DNA of 64,000 bases from an uncultured actinomycete (GCA_942491345.1 CALOAN010000011.1:53113-117112), one strand, 5' to 3'. Positions 49,719-60,781 are shown, numbered from the stretch's first letter. Numbers and translations: made by a program. Notes: generated by a model not told the origin, from the letters alone.

Positions 49719-50087
49719 GTAAAATATCTCCACAGAAGTTCCAGCAGTTACTGGATGCTGTATTTTTATAGAGGACTTCTAGGATGCCCGTTAATAATCG
49801 GCAGACCAAGTAAGATTATGGCCTGATGACGATTCCCCGCGCCAATTCGGGCCTAATATTTCCCAGTTGCCGTTGTTTGTCAAATCATATTCTCATCCGG
49901 ATGGCCCGCGCTGTCATCATCGCAATCGGAAGCAAAACGTAACAACACCGCAGTATATCTGACGGTAATTATGGGCCCATCCACGTCCTGCCAACGGGTA
50001 CGAGAGCCCTTTGGGCATGCTGAACTCGTCGCGCCGTATCGGACAAATCCACAGGGGCTAGCAATGGAACGAAGGTGTGCCAACCCA

Positions 50088-51101
50088 TTAAGAATTCCGG
50101 CCATTTATCGTTGCCGGTTTAGCCGGTGACTCCAACGCGTAGCGTTTGATTTTTTCTACCAGGGTGGTGCGGTTCAGGTTGAGCAGTTGGGCCGCTTTGT
50201 TCTTGACCCACTTGGTCTTTTCCAGGGACTGCAATATCAACGCCTTTTCAAACTCCGTCACCGCCGAGTTGAGGTTGATCCCCTCGTCGGTCAGCGCCAC
50301 ACTCCCCCCGCCGACAGGGTGGCTCAAAGCGCCGCCCCGGATCTTGACCGGCAAATCCTCCGCCTCGATCACGCCCTCCGGCGTCAATACCACCAAGCGC
50401 TCCACCAGATTGCGTAGCTCACGCACATTGCCCGGCCAGGCATGCCGCATCAAAGCGGCCCGCGCCGAATCCGAAAACCCCGACACCGAAGACTGCGTGC
50501 GCTCATTGAAATGGCTCAGAAAATGCTCTGCCAGCAGCATGATGTCATCGCCCCGCTCACGCAATGACGGCAGCACCAGCGGGATGACATACAACCGATA
50601 GTACAGATCCTCGCGAAAGTGCCCCTCACTCACCTGCACTTCCAGATCACGATGCGTGGCCGCAATCACGCGCACGTCCACGTGCACCGTCCGATTGCCG
50701 CCCACCGGCTCAAACTCACCCTCCTCTAAGACCCGCAGCAGCTTCACCTGCAGGTCCGGGCTCATATCCCCGATCTCATCCAGAAAAATCGTACCGCCAT
50801 GGGCCTGCTCGAATTTGCCGATCTTGTTGGCCGTAGCACCGGTAAAAGCCCCCTTCACATGCCCGAACAACTCGCTTTCCAGCAGGTTCTCCGGAATGGC
50901 GCCACAATTGATCGACACGAAATCCTTGGCGGCGCGCTGCGAATTGCGGTGAATGGCACGGGCCACAAGGCCCTTGCCGGTCCCCGTCTCCCCGCTGATC
51001 AAGATCGTGCTGTCGCTGCCGCTGACCCGACGCATCACCCCAAACAACCGGCGCATCACGTCACTGCCGCCAACAATACCGTCTAAATGTATATCCGACA
51101 C
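50088..51101 (-). CDS. sigma54-dependent activator lacking an N-terminal regulatory domain (AAA+ - HTH)
   Basis: [54 protein letters not shown]; an in-frame stop 20 codons upstream excludes an N-terminal domain. Confidence 0.9.
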   Translation of the reverse strand: MSDIHLDGIVGGSDVMRRLFGVMRRVSGSDSTILISGETGTGKGLVARAIHRNSQRAAKDFVSINCGAIPENLLESELFGHVKGAFTGATANKIGKFEQAHGGTIFLDEIGDMSPDLQVKLLRVLEEGEFEPVGGNRTVHVDVRVIAATHRDLEVQVSEGHFREDLYYRLYVIPLVLPSLRERGDDIMLLAEHFLSHFNERTQSSVSGFSDSARAALMRHAWPGNVRELRNLVERLVVLTPEGVIEAEDLPVKIRGGALSHPVGGGSVALTDEGINLNSAVTEFEKALILQSLEKTKWVKNKAAQLLNLNRTTLVEKIKRYALESPAKPATINGRNS

Positions 51102-51440
51102 AAAGAAACCCTCTGAAACACCGCCTGTCGTAGAATGCCAACGACGATAGCGATATCATCTGAAAAAAATACCGAAATCCCGGCCTTCAGGATCGTATTC
51201 TGAATATTTGGTTGGTTACCGCTTTGCCTGTGGTGTATCACATCTTCGGGGTAATATAAAATTCAAGGGCTTACGTGTCAACACGGCCGGAGCACACTGA
51301 AGCACGTCAAAGATCAACCGACCTCTTTAGGCTAAACGGGAATATACCTGCGGGACGAAGAATCCATGCCAATCGTGGCTATCGCGGTGAGGCCGAATCC
51401 ACCTTCGATTCATCCTGCGCATCGCATGATTTCGGATACG

Positions 51441-51710
51441 TCATCTGTCGGGCAGCAAAAGCCTTAACTTCCGGACAATCCATTGACTCGGGACCTTGGA
51501 CACGGCCCAACCGATCACCACCGCGGTGATAAACATTACGTAGATTCCCATTCCCGTGCGATCGAGCGGTAACAGGTAAGGGCCCAGAATGACCGCCAGC
51601 GTAACGCCGATAACGATCCGCCAAGTATCATCGGAAAGTAGAATATGGAAAAACAGGTTAACCGGTGTCATTCGTTTCTTCTTAGGTGCAGGATCATTGG
51701 GTGTCGTCAA
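51441..51710 (-). CDS. small membrane protein (2 TM)
   Basis: Two hydrophobic segments; GGAG upstream. Confidence 0.65.
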   Translation of the reverse strand: MTTPNDPAPKKKRMTPVNLFFHILLSDDTWRIVIGVTLAVILGPYLLPLDRTGMGIYVMFITAVVIGWAVSKVPSQWIVRKLRLLLPDR

Positions 51711-51811
51711 AAGCGGCTCCTATAGATAATCGTTGATAATCGTTCGTTCGGTCAGTACCTTGTCAAAGGCTCCGTTGGCAACACGGATGCCATTTACGCC
51801 AAGCCGATCGT

Positions 51812-52603
51812 TCATGGATTTTGAGGTGCCAATATAATTTCGATCCTTCGATTCTTGCTGCGCCCGCTTTCCTTTTCGTTGGATGCCAGCGGACGATGAA
51901 AGCTGTACGCACCGGCGGCCAAACGGTTGGGATCCAGGCCCGCCTTTTCCTCCAGGAAACGCACCACAGCAATCGCACGAGCCGCCGAAAGTTCCCAGTT
52001 GGAAGGGAAACGGTCTGCCAGAGCCGGACCGATGGGCACATCATCCGTATGGCCTTCCACAACAATTTGATCGAAAGCCCCTTCCCTCAGGGATTCGGCA
52101 ATTTTCATCAGCGCTAGCTGACCCGGTTTATTGATCTTGTCGCTGCCGGTGCTAAAGAGAATTTTATCTAAAAACGTGACTTTCAGTTTTCCTTCCATCT
52201 CCTCGATCTTGACATCTTTAGCAGCAATTTGTTCACGCAGGTTTTCCTCGATTTTCTTTCGCGACCGGCTGAAGTCTTCGATCACTTTTTCTTGTGTTTG
52301 AATGATCGTTTCACTTTTCTTTAACCGGTTTTCTAATTGAAGAACTTCTTCATGCAGCTGGTTGTTGATCTCCAGGACATTCTCATGCCGACGTGCAAGA
52401 TTTTCATTGTCTTCCCGCAGTTGCATGATATCGGTCGTCAGAACGTCAATACGCTCTTCCAGAGCCTTCTGCGTCTCAACAGAACGCGCCTGTTCGACCG
52501 CCATGGACTGCTGGAGTTCAAGGTGCTGACTTTTGGATACACAGCTTACGGTCCCGATTAGAATCGAGACCGCTATCAGCAGAACGGTTGTTCGGTCCAT
52601 CAT
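51812..52603 (-). CDS. OmpA/MotB-family peptidoglycan-binding lipoprotein with coiled coil
   Basis: Lipobox-like TVS-C; VEGHTDD, NWELSAARA and NRRIEI. Confidence 0.87.
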   Translation of the reverse strand: MMDRTTVLLIAVSILIGTVSCVSKSQHLELQQSMAVEQARSVETQKALEERIDVLTTDIMQLREDNENLARRHENVLEINNQLHEEVLQLENRLKKSETIIQTQEKVIEDFSRSRKKIEENLREQIAAKDVKIEEMEGKLKVTFLDKILFSTGSDKINKPGQLALMKIAESLREGAFDQIVVEGHTDDVPIGPALADRFPSNWELSAARAIAVVRFLEEKAGLDPNRLAAGAYSFHRPLASNEKESGRSKNRRIEIILAPQNP

Positions 52604-52714
52604 CTTCCTCCAAGGGGAAAACTGTGGGTGACGCGCGCGGCCTTTCGGCACCCGGAAGTCGTCCCAGTGAACCGATCAGGATGATTGACCACAACGCGCC
52701 TTAGTTCGCTTTCA

Positions 52715-53290
52715 TCACGCCAACAGACTGCGTCGACAAAAAGTGACGGCGGCGTTGCGCGCCTGAGTGATGCCACGCCCTTTTAACAGTGAGTGCTGCC
52801 GGCTCATCCCGTTGATCATCGATATCAGCACATACGCTGTTTCGGCAACCGGGACGTCGCAGAACTCTCCGCTGGCAATGCCTTTTTCGATACAACGGGT
52901 CAAATAGACATTGTGCCACTCATAGATACCGATCATCCGGCTATAACACACGTGTTCGGGATCTTTGATCCGCGCCGGGCAGGAACTCATCACCAGACGG
53001 GTCCGGCGGGGCATTTCTTCCACGGCTTGTTGGGTGACATGGATCAAATTCTCGATTTTGTCAAATTCACTGGGAGTCTCCAGGGGAAGCGCTTCCAGAC
53101 GACCGACATATTCATCGAAGGCCCCATTCAGGATATGGGTAAACAATTCTTCCTTGCCTTTGAAATGATAATAAATGAGCGGCTCGGTAACACCGGCTTC
53201 GCGCGAAATCTGCAGGGTTGTAGTACCGTCATAGCCCTGCTCGGCAAACAGCCTCACAGCAGTGTCGATCAGATTCTTTTTCTTTCCCAT
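52715..53290 (-). CDS. TetR/AcrR family transcriptional regulator
   Basis: LFAEQGYDGTTTLQISREAGVTEPLIYYHFKGKEELF HTH. Confidence 0.93.
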   Translation of the reverse strand: MGKKKNLIDTAVRLFAEQGYDGTTTLQISREAGVTEPLIYYHFKGKEELFTHILNGAFDEYVGRLEALPLETPSEFDKIENLIHVTQQAVEEMPRRTRLVMSSCPARIKDPEHVCYSRMIGIYEWHNVYLTRCIEKGIASGEFCDVPVAETAYVLISMINGMSRQHSLLKGRGITQARNAAVTFCRRSLLA

Positions 53291-53362
53291 CGGTATAATC
53301 CCTATAGTGGAACAATGATGGTTATCGCCAGCAAAATTCAGCCATCGATTGGTTTTAGTGCA

Positions 53363-53377
53363 ACTTAAGGTTTAAGT
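53363..53377. promoter_or_regulatory. candidate TetR operator palindrome
   Basis: ACTTAA-GGT-TTAAGT between the divergent tetR and MFS genes. Confidence 0.45.
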
Positions 53378-53618
53378 GGAAATTAAAACATCCAGACCAT
53401 GAATGCAAGTCGTAAAATAGACGATGTTCAGACAACTCCCGGCAGCCGTTAGATTCATCACGCCAGGCGCGCTGCAGGTCGCATGCTTAACAGACATCTT
53501 TGTGAGCAACTGACGATCGCCGTTTCCGGCGCCAAGGGTTGCATTCCCCGACGCAAACCGCTACCTACGGCGGATTGCCATATTGCCTATTATCGAACGG
53601 ACGCCAAGGAGATTGACC

Positions 53619-54830
53619 GTGCCCCCAAATTGCGGCCGACGCCCGGATGAGCCTACCCGCAGAGAACCACTGGTATTTGATTTGATACTGACGGGGGGGT
53701 GCCGTCTGGTTCTCAATACCGCCCGGCGTTTTGCCTACCCTTTCGCACCCGCCTTAAGCCGTGCCATGGGCGTACCGCTAACCCATATCACGTCCATGAT
53801 TGCCGTCAACCAAGCCAGTGGGTTGCTGGCCCTGTTTTTCGGCCCGTTCGCCGATCGATTGGGTTATCGCTTCATGATGCTGCTGGGGCTCTTCATGCTG
53901 GCCGTCGGAATGCTGGCCGCCGCCAGTCTTCCTTTTTACGCAGTCGTGTTGATGGCTCTCTTTCTTGCCGGTCTGGGAAAAAATATTTTCGATCCCGCTT
54001 TGCAGGCCTATGTCGGCGAAAGGGTCCCCTACGCAAAGCGCGGCCTGGTCATCGGCCTGATTGAAACCAGTTGGGCGGCCAGCACCCTGATCGGTATTCC
54101 ACTGGTTGGTTTTTTAATTGCGTGGCAAGGCTGGCGCGCACCCTTTGCAGTGATGGGCCTGGCAGCTCTTGTGGGGATGGTTCTGATCGCCCTGCGGCTG
54201 CCGTCCAAATCGGTGCCACTTCCCGGTCGACTCAACGTTTCCGATCTCCGACGCGCCTGGGGACGGCTTTTCCAAAGCCAAACGGCACGCGCCATGCTGT
54301 TGCTGGCCTTTCTGGTAAGTATGGCCAACGATTGCGTCTTTGTCATCTACGGTGCCTGGCTGGAGCAGCAATTCCATCTGAGCGTAACGCAATTGGGACT
54401 GGGCACCAGTGTCATCGGTATCGCGGAATTGTGCGGTGAATTTATGACCGTCGGGCTGGCAGACCGCATGGGCAAACCACGTGCCCTTTTCCTGGGGATT
54501 GGGTTGAGCATGGCCGGCTACCTGGTTTTACCATGGACGGATATCTCCCTGCCGCTTGCCCTGGCGGGGCTTTTTGCCCTTTTCATTGCGGTCGAATTCA
54601 CCTTTGTCACGGCCCTGTCCATGGCAACCGAAATCCTTCCCGACCAGCGTGCCACCATGATGTCCGGCTTGCTGGCCGTCGCCGGTTTAGGACGTATGGC
54701 CGGTGCCATCACGGGCGGATTCCTCTGGATTTCACACGGTACAACGGTCGTAGCGCTGGTATCGGCGTTGCTGTGCGGGCTCGCCGCCATGGCCTTGGCA
54801 ACCGGTCTACATAAAAGCCGTCCCATGTGA
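53619..54830 (+). CDS. MFS transporter
   Basis: About 12 hydrophobic segments; motif A GPFADRLGYR and GLADRMGKPR; GTG start after AAGGAG. Confidence 0.9.
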   Translation: MPPNCGRRPDEPTRREPLVFDLILTGGCRLVLNTARRFAYPFAPALSRAMGVPLTHITSMIAVNQASGLLALFFGPFADRLGYRFMMLLGLFMLAVGMLAAASLPFYAVVLMALFLAGLGKNIFDPALQAYVGERVPYAKRGLVIGLIETSWAASTLIGIPLVGFLIAWQGWRAPFAVMGLAALVGMVLIALRLPSKSVPLPGRLNVSDLRRAWGRLFQSQTARAMLLLAFLVSMANDCVFVIYGAWLEQQFHLSVTQLGLGTSVIGIAELCGEFMTVGLADRMGKPRALFLGIGLSMAGYLVLPWTDISLPLALAGLFALFIAVEFTFVTALSMATEILPDQRATMMSGLLAVAGLGRMAGAITGGFLWISHGTTVVALVSALLCGLAAMALATGLHKSRPM

Positions 54831-54955
54831 CGGCCGTGATCCGCGTTAGCGCTTGCCAAGCCGCCCGCAACGCCCTAATATAGATAAAGCCTTCATCTTC
54901 CCGGCACCATTTTGTCAGTTCGCAATGGGCCCAAAAAGTCGCCCGGAAACCACCT

Positions 54956-55564
54956 ATGAATAGAATCAAGAACGCTTGCCGCATCGGTTTGATCCTGGTT
55001 TTGACCCTGCTGTACTTTGTGGGATGCACCGCCACGCCATCACACCTGCCCACCCCACCGGTAGCCGCGCCCAACGCTCCGTCTGAAACCTTCGTGCTCC
55101 CGGCCCTAGACGATCCCGCGCACCTGGAATACCTGGGCATTGAAACAACCGAAGCGTTCCCATTGACCGCCATCCGGACTCAGGTCTTGATTATCGAGGT
55201 CTTTTCCATGTACTGCCCCCACTGTCAGCGCGAAGCCCCCAACGTCAATCAGCTTTACCAAAGCATCACCAAGGATCCCTATCTGAGCGAGCGCATTAAA
55301 TTGATCGGTATCGGCGTCAGCAATACCAGCTACGAAGTGAATCAATTTCGCAAATCGTTCGAAATCCCATTTCCCCTTTTTCCCGACCGCAGTCGTGATC
55401 TGGCCCGCCAGTTGGAGGTCCGACAGACACCGACATTTATCGGCTTCGTGTGGGAAAACGACATCCCGAGACGTTTTTTGCACGCCCCGGGCAGCATGGG
55501 AAAGGTGGATGAATTTCTGACCCGTGTCGTCCAACTGGCAAACCTCGGAGATGGCCAGCCCTGA
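54956..55564 (+). CDS. TlpA/redoxin-like thioredoxin-fold lipoprotein
   Basis: Lipobox FVG-C; EVFSMYCPHCQREAP; QTPTF cis-Pro loop. Confidence 0.82.
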   Translation: MNRIKNACRIGLILVLTLLYFVGCTATPSHLPTPPVAAPNAPSETFVLPALDDPAHLEYLGIETTEAFPLTAIRTQVLIIEVFSMYCPHCQREAPNVNQLYQSITKDPYLSERIKLIGIGVSNTSYEVNQFRKSFEIPFPLFPDRSRDLARQLEVRQTPTFIGFVWENDIPRRFLHAPGSMGKVDEFLTRVVQLANLGDGQP

Positions 55565-55632
55565 CGGAGATTTTTCGGAGCATCATAATAGGGCCTGTCT
55601 TCAGCGTGGCGTCATAACAAACAAAGGATCGC

Positions 55633-57123
55633 ATGCACCGAATCCACCTATCCGTCCTGCTGTTACTGGCATTGCTCGTTGCTGGCTGTCAATCCACCCA
55701 ACGCGTCAGCCAACCGGGTGCCCTGTCGCCCATCGAAAGCTGCCGGCAATTACTGTCCCTGGTGGATCAGGCCGTTGTCGACGCTGAAACGACGGATACG
55801 TCTGTGTTCCGGGTGAAAGGCTTCCCTTATCTTCGCACCAACCGTTTCCTGGGGCAAATGGCCGCAACGGAAAACAGCCCGCCAGCCATCCGCCGATGGC
55901 TTGAGGGCATGCACCAACTGGATCTGGAAGCACGCGAAAAGGAAATCCTGAATCTAAACCAAAATCAGTTCCAGAAATTGGTGAATCAATCCCGCCGTCT
56001 CACGGACCGGCGAACATTTATTGACGAGGTTTGTGCCTGTTCCGACCGCCTGTATGTGAGCAACGCCACCGCACCGGATCTGGCGAGCGACGTCCGGGAT
56101 ACCATTGATATCCCGACAGAATATCGGACGTGGCGTCGCGTCGTGGGCCTTTACCCTTTAGTGGCGCTACCGGTGGCTTACGCCAGCGCCGACGCTTTCG
56201 ATGAATTCCGTGCATGGCATGCCATGCCACCCGAAAAACTCCCTAAAATCGGCCAACCGGTCGTATACCGCCCCGCCGGCCACACCGATGACAACCGAAT
56301 CGATCCGGTGACGCTTTACCGAACAGCCCCCATGGACGCCCTGGGACTGCCCCGCTTGGCCCCGCAAGATGAACAGCGACTGATCGATGCGCTGGCGCCC
56401 ACCATTGTTCAGGATACCGCAGCGGGCTATGATCGGATCGGACAAGTGCAATGGTCAAATGGCGAACTGGCCATTGCCCGCGCCACACCCACCGGTTATT
56501 ATTATCTCAGCCAGGGCCTCTTCAACGGCCGCCCCAGCCTCCAAATCAATTTTGTTTTCTGGTATTCCCATCGCGCCGGCGATAGTGCCCCCTGGATTGA
56601 ATGGGGGCAGTTGGATGGTTTAACGGTACGCATCAGTCTTGACCACACTGGGCATCCCGTGATGCTGGACATCATGAACAACTGCGGCTGCTATCATTTT
56701 TTCGTACCCAACCAGTCCCGCATCAGCCGTGTGCAAACGCCTTTGGTAGGGCTGGATCCTCTGGTACCGGCCTGGCTGCCGGGTCATTTTCCTGACCGGA
56801 GACTGCAGCTAATGGTCAGTTCGGGCTGGCATCAGGTCCAGCACATCGCGGCCGGCAACACGGTCGAGGAAGCCGTGCCCTACGAACTGCGGCCTTATCA
56901 TGAACTGGAGATGCTGGCCGATGAAAATGGACAGCATCACAGCATGTTTAATACGGACGGGATCGCATGGGGGTCGGACCGTGTCGAACCGGCCCTCTTT
57001 TTTTCCATGGGCATACCGAATGTCGGCAGCATGCGACAACGCGGACACCATGCCATCAAAATGGTCGGACGTGCCCATTTCGACGACCCGCAGCTGTTCG
57101 ACAACACCTTTGAGTATCGCTGA
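55633..57123 (+). CDS. hypothetical lipoprotein with an NNCGCYH motif
   Basis: Lipobox VAG-C; 496 aa; no recognisable family. Confidence 0.78.
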   Translation: MHRIHLSVLLLLALLVAGCQSTQRVSQPGALSPIESCRQLLSLVDQAVVDAETTDTSVFRVKGFPYLRTNRFLGQMAATENSPPAIRRWLEGMHQLDLEAREKEILNLNQNQFQKLVNQSRRLTDRRTFIDEVCACSDRLYVSNATAPDLASDVRDTIDIPTEYRTWRRVVGLYPLVALPVAYASADAFDEFRAWHAMPPEKLPKIGQPVVYRPAGHTDDNRIDPVTLYRTAPMDALGLPRLAPQDEQRLIDALAPTIVQDTAAGYDRIGQVQWSNGELAIARATPTGYYYLSQGLFNGRPSLQINFVFWYSHRAGDSAPWIEWGQLDGLTVRISLDHTGHPVMLDIMNNCGCYHFFVPNQSRISRVQTPLVGLDPLVPAWLPGHFPDRRLQLMVSSGWHQVQHIAAGNTVEEAVPYELRPYHELEMLADENGQHHSMFNTDGIAWGSDRVEPALFFSMGIPNVGSMRQRGHHAIKMVGRAHFDDPQLFDNTFEYR

Positions 57124-57190
57124 GTCCCCTGATGGGGAAGATAAGCCGGAAACGGTTTGCGTTGTCGGGGAAGCGCTTTAATCTTTATAA

Positions 57191-58033
57191 ATGACAAACA
57201 CGGCAGCTCTCCCGAAGGAAAGGAGCCATTTGAATCGTATGTCATCTCCGGACTACACTCTATTGGATCGCCCGGATGTCCTGGCAATGCTTTTTCACCC
57301 GCGTCTCGAACCGGCCGGCACAGACACCGGACCCGCCCATGACCTTTTGATTCCCGTCGCAAAGGACCAAAAGATCGGCGCCCGATGGCATATGGGACCC
57401 GTCACCGGTCCGAACCTCCTTTTCTTCCACGGCAACGGCGAAATCGTGGCGGATTACGATGAATTAGGCCCGCTCTATAATTCATTGGGCATCAACCTGC
57501 TGGCCGTGGACTACCGGGGGTACGGACGCTCCAGCGGAACACCCAGCGTCTCCGCCATGATGACCGACTGTCACATGATCTTTCCCTTTTGCGAAGACTG
57601 GCTCCGTCAGAACAACTATTCCGGCCCGCTGATCCTCATGGGACGCTCTCTCGGAAGCGCTTCGGTATTGGAACTGGCTGCCACTTATCCGGATCGCACC
57701 CACGGACTCATTCTCGAAAGCGGTTTCGCCTATGCGGCCCCTTTGCTGCGCCTGCTGGGTATCGATCCGGAACGCATCGGCTTCGATGAGAGGGCGGGCT
57801 TTGCCAATCTGGATAAAATAAGAAGTTACCCGGGCCCCACCCTGATCATTCACGCCGAGTATGACCACATTATCCCGTATGCCGACAGTGAGGCGCTCTT
57901 CGCGGCATCCCCGGCGCAGGCGAAAAGTCACGTGAAAATTCCCGGTGCCAATCACAACGATATATTTCTTCGCGGGATGGCAGCCTATCTGGATGCTGTT
58001 CAAACTTTCTGTAGAACCTGTATGAAACCATAG
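57191..58033 (+). CDS. alpha/beta hydrolase (start uncertain)
   Basis: FFHGNGE, DYRGYGRS, GRSLGS nucleophile elbow, IHAEYD and GANHND. Confidence 0.88.
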   Translation: MTNTAALPKERSHLNRMSSPDYTLLDRPDVLAMLFHPRLEPAGTDTGPAHDLLIPVAKDQKIGARWHMGPVTGPNLLFFHGNGEIVADYDELGPLYNSLGINLLAVDYRGYGRSSGTPSVSAMMTDCHMIFPFCEDWLRQNNYSGPLILMGRSLGSASVLELAATYPDRTHGLILESGFAYAAPLLRLLGIDPERIGFDERAGFANLDKIRSYPGPTLIIHAEYDHIIPYADSEALFAASPAQAKSHVKIPGANHNDIFLRGMAAYLDAVQTFCRTCMKP

Positions 58034-58069
58034 GCCCGCACCATTCAGTCACCCGCGGCCGATGATGCA

Positions 58070-58975
58070 TCATAGGGCAACAAAACGATCAAAGGCGCTC
58101 CAGAATTGGGCCCGCCGGGCATCCGTCTCCACCAGCAGCTCATGGCGGGCTCCTTCGATGCAGACGATACGGCAGTCCGCCACGTGGCGGCAAAATTGTT
58201 CCTGAGCACGGCGGCATACGATCTGATCTTCCGCGGCGGTGACCATCAGGAATGGCACCCGGAGGGCGCGGGTGAAAGCCGGTGCGGCTGCACGGTCGAT
58301 GGACTGCATGGCCGCGTCGAGCCAGCCGTACGTCACCCCCCCCACCGCCAATCGAGGATCGCGCTGAATCATGGCCACATTGCGCTCAAACCGAAGCCGA
58401 TCCGAAGTCAGGGGATTTCCCTCGAATCGGCAATCCCGAGCATTGACCCCCCCGGCCCCCAGGACATAGGCACCTTGCAGCCCTTTCCGGACAGCGGTGC
58501 GCGCCAGCCAACGCAGCAATGAACGCGGTAAAAACCGCGGCAACTGGATATCGATCATCGGCGAAGTCAAGATGACCCGGACAAAACGCTCGGGATAGCG
58601 TTCAAGAAACCTTATGGCGATATGGCCTCCCATGGAATGGCCCAGGAGGATGAAAGGTGAAGGGGCGCGACGGCTTTGAAGGATTGCCATCAGTTGGTCC
58701 AAATCGTCCAGATAGTCTTCGAAACAGGTGACATAGCCCTTCTGGCTGTCGGCCAACATCCGGTCTGAAAGACCTTGCCCCCGCCAGTCGCAACTGTATA
58801 CTTCGAAGCCTCTCTGGTTGAGTTCTTCGACGACCTCGGCGTACTTTTCCATATACTCGGTACGCCCGTTGAAAAATAATACAGTCCCTCGGGGCGGCGA
58901 AGCTGCCGCAGGCGCAAATCCCCAGCGGACCGCACGTTGGTCACGGGTCGTGAAGGTATCGAAATTCAGAACCAT
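58070..58975 (-). CDS. lysophospholipase L2-like alpha/beta hydrolase
   Basis: GRTEYMEKY, DWRGQGLS, GHSMGG and GARHELL. Confidence 0.88.
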   Translation of the reverse strand: MVLNFDTFTTRDQRAVRWGFAPAAASPPRGTVLFFNGRTEYMEKYAEVVEELNQRGFEVYSCDWRGQGLSDRMLADSQKGYVTCFEDYLDDLDQLMAILQSRRAPSPFILLGHSMGGHIAIRFLERYPERFVRVILTSPMIDIQLPRFLPRSLLRWLARTAVRKGLQGAYVLGAGGVNARDCRFEGNPLTSDRLRFERNVAMIQRDPRLAVGGVTYGWLDAAMQSIDRAAAPAFTRALRVPFLMVTAAEDQIVCRRAQEQFCRHVADCRIVCIEGARHELLVETDARRAQFWSAFDRFVAL

Positions 58976-59140
58976 CGTCGTATCAATCTCCTCAGTCGTT
59001 TGCATACAAACGGCCGCAGCCGGTTCTTGTCTCCCGGCAGGCATTGACCACCACTCACGAGTGCTCTATGGTGATCATCCTGGCAACGAAAATTTTTATC
59101 CGGGCAATACCCTCGCAACAGGAAAGGATCTATACCATAC

Positions 59141-59389
59141 ATGGCGCAACACTCCCATCGTTTTGTCGAAAACTTCGAAGGTTTTGTCGGCTTCGGACTG
59201 GATCGCGATGCTGATGAGAACACCCTTATTTACTATCTACAAAAAATATCCGATGACACGCTTGCCCGGACACTGGTCCAGCGAATGACAGATGGAGAAC
59301 GGCAAGACGTATTCGATATCCTCACCCGTCTTTTGCAGGACCATCTGAGTGAAAATGAGTACCATCAGCTGTTCCTGAAAGATCGATAG
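59141..59389 (+). CDS. small conserved hypothetical protein (82 aa)
   Basis: AAAGGA RBS; helical acidic protein ending HLSENEYHQLFLKD. Confidence 0.7.
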   Translation: MAQHSHRFVENFEGFVGFGLDRDADENTLIYYLQKISDDTLARTLVQRMTDGERQDVFDILTRLLQDHLSENEYHQLFLKDR

Positions 59390-59581
59390 GGACCCACCAA
59401 AACGATTGTCGCTCAAGCCACGACGGCTGCGGTATGGTATACCGGTGCCGTGGCCGTCAGAGCGATTGCGTATAAGACGATGCTTCAACGCGGATTGCCA
59501 AACCGTGAGACCGCTGGCCCGGATCACAAACTGTCATGGAGGGACACACATTAACCCACTTTGTGAATAGAGGAGATTCTT

Positions 59582-60781
59582 TTGCTGACAAACAAACAAT
59601 GGCAGCGTTATGCCGACGTCATGATGTGGGCGCTTCAGACGGCCCGTAAACGCCGTTTCAAAAAAAACGACCTTGTTCTGTTGCGGTACGATTTGCCCGC
59701 CCGCCCCCTGGCCGAACGCCTTCACTCCGGACTGCTTGGGATGGGGATACATCCGGTGATACGCGCCATGCCGACCCCGGCCATGGAAACCGATTTCTAC
59801 CGGATGGCCAGCTCGCGGCAATTAACGTTTATTCCTCCGGGCGAAGAAACGCTTCTCAATCACCTCAACGGCAGCATCTTTCTTTTTGCACCCGAATCCA
59901 TCACCCACCTGAGCGGTATCGACCCCAAGCGGATCGGCCGCACGGCGCTGGCCCGCAAACCGTTGCGCGATATTCTGGATCAACGGGATGAACAGGGGTT
60001 GTTCGGCTGGACGTTGTGCCTGGTGCCAACCCCTGAATTGGCCCGCCAGTCCGGCCTGACGTTAACGGAGTACACCGCCCAGGTAATCAAGGCCTGTTTC
60101 CTGAACCGCACCCGGCCGCTGGAACACTGGCAGGAAATTTTTCGCAATGCGGTCACCCTCAAACGATGGTTGAACCGCATGGATGTCCGCAGCTACCACG
60201 TCATGTCGGAAAAAACCGATTTAACGATTACTCCCGGTGCCCAACGGCAATGGATCGGGTTGTCCGGTCACAATATTCCCAGCTTTGAGTTGTTCACATC
60301 ACCCGATTGGCGGGGAACCCAGGGGGTCTACTACGCCAATCAGCCATCCTACCGCAGCGGCAATTACGTTGAAGGTGTGACGCTTGAATTCAAAAAGGGG
60401 CGGGTTGCCTCTGCGCGGGCCGAACAAGGCGCGTCGTTTCTGCGCCAACAACTATCCATGGATCCCGGCGCGTCCCGGGTGGGTGAATTTTCACTAACCG
60501 ACCGGCGCTTTTCTAGGATTACCAAGTTCATGGCCAACACGCTGTACGACGAAAACTTCGGCGGCCGCCAGGGCAATTGCCACATCGCCCTGGGATCGTC
60601 CTACAGCGACACCTTTCGGGGACCAGCCAAGAATCTCTCCCCGAATAAGAAAAAAGAACTGGGGTTCAATACCTCGGCCCTGCACTGGGATTTGGTCAAC
60701 ACCGAACGCAAGCGGGTAACCGCGCGTCTCAAGGGTGGGCAAACCGTCACGATCTACGAAAACGGCCAGTTTTGCTACTGA
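59582..60781 (+). CDS. aminopeptidase, M29 family
   Basis: NIPSFELFTSP, VGEFSL, TLYDENFG, HIALG and ALHWDLV. Confidence 0.88.
   Translation: MLTNKQWQRYADVMMWALQTARKRRFKKNDLVLLRYDLPARPLAERLHSGLLGMGIHPVIRAMPTPAMETDFYRMASSRQLTFIPPGEETLLNHLNGSIFLFAPESITHLSGIDPKRIGRTALARKPLRDILDQRDEQGLFGWTLCLVPTPELARQSGLTLTEYTAQVIKACFLNRTRPLEHWQEIFRNAVTLKRWLNRMDVRSYHVMSEKTDLTITPGAQRQWIGLSGHNIPSFELFTSPDWRGTQGVYYANQPSYRSGNYVEGVTLEFKKGRVASARAEQGASFLRQQLSMDPGASRVGEFSLTDRRFSRITKFMANTLYDENFGGRQGNCHIALGSSYSDTFRGPAKNLSPNKKKELGFNTSALHWDLVNTERKRVTARLKGGQTVTIYENGQFCY

Noticed and set aside
51812-52603. Flagellar stator MotB call
   Set aside because: There is no motA partner, and the N-terminus is a lipoprotein signal rather than a MotB TM helix with the conserved Asp.
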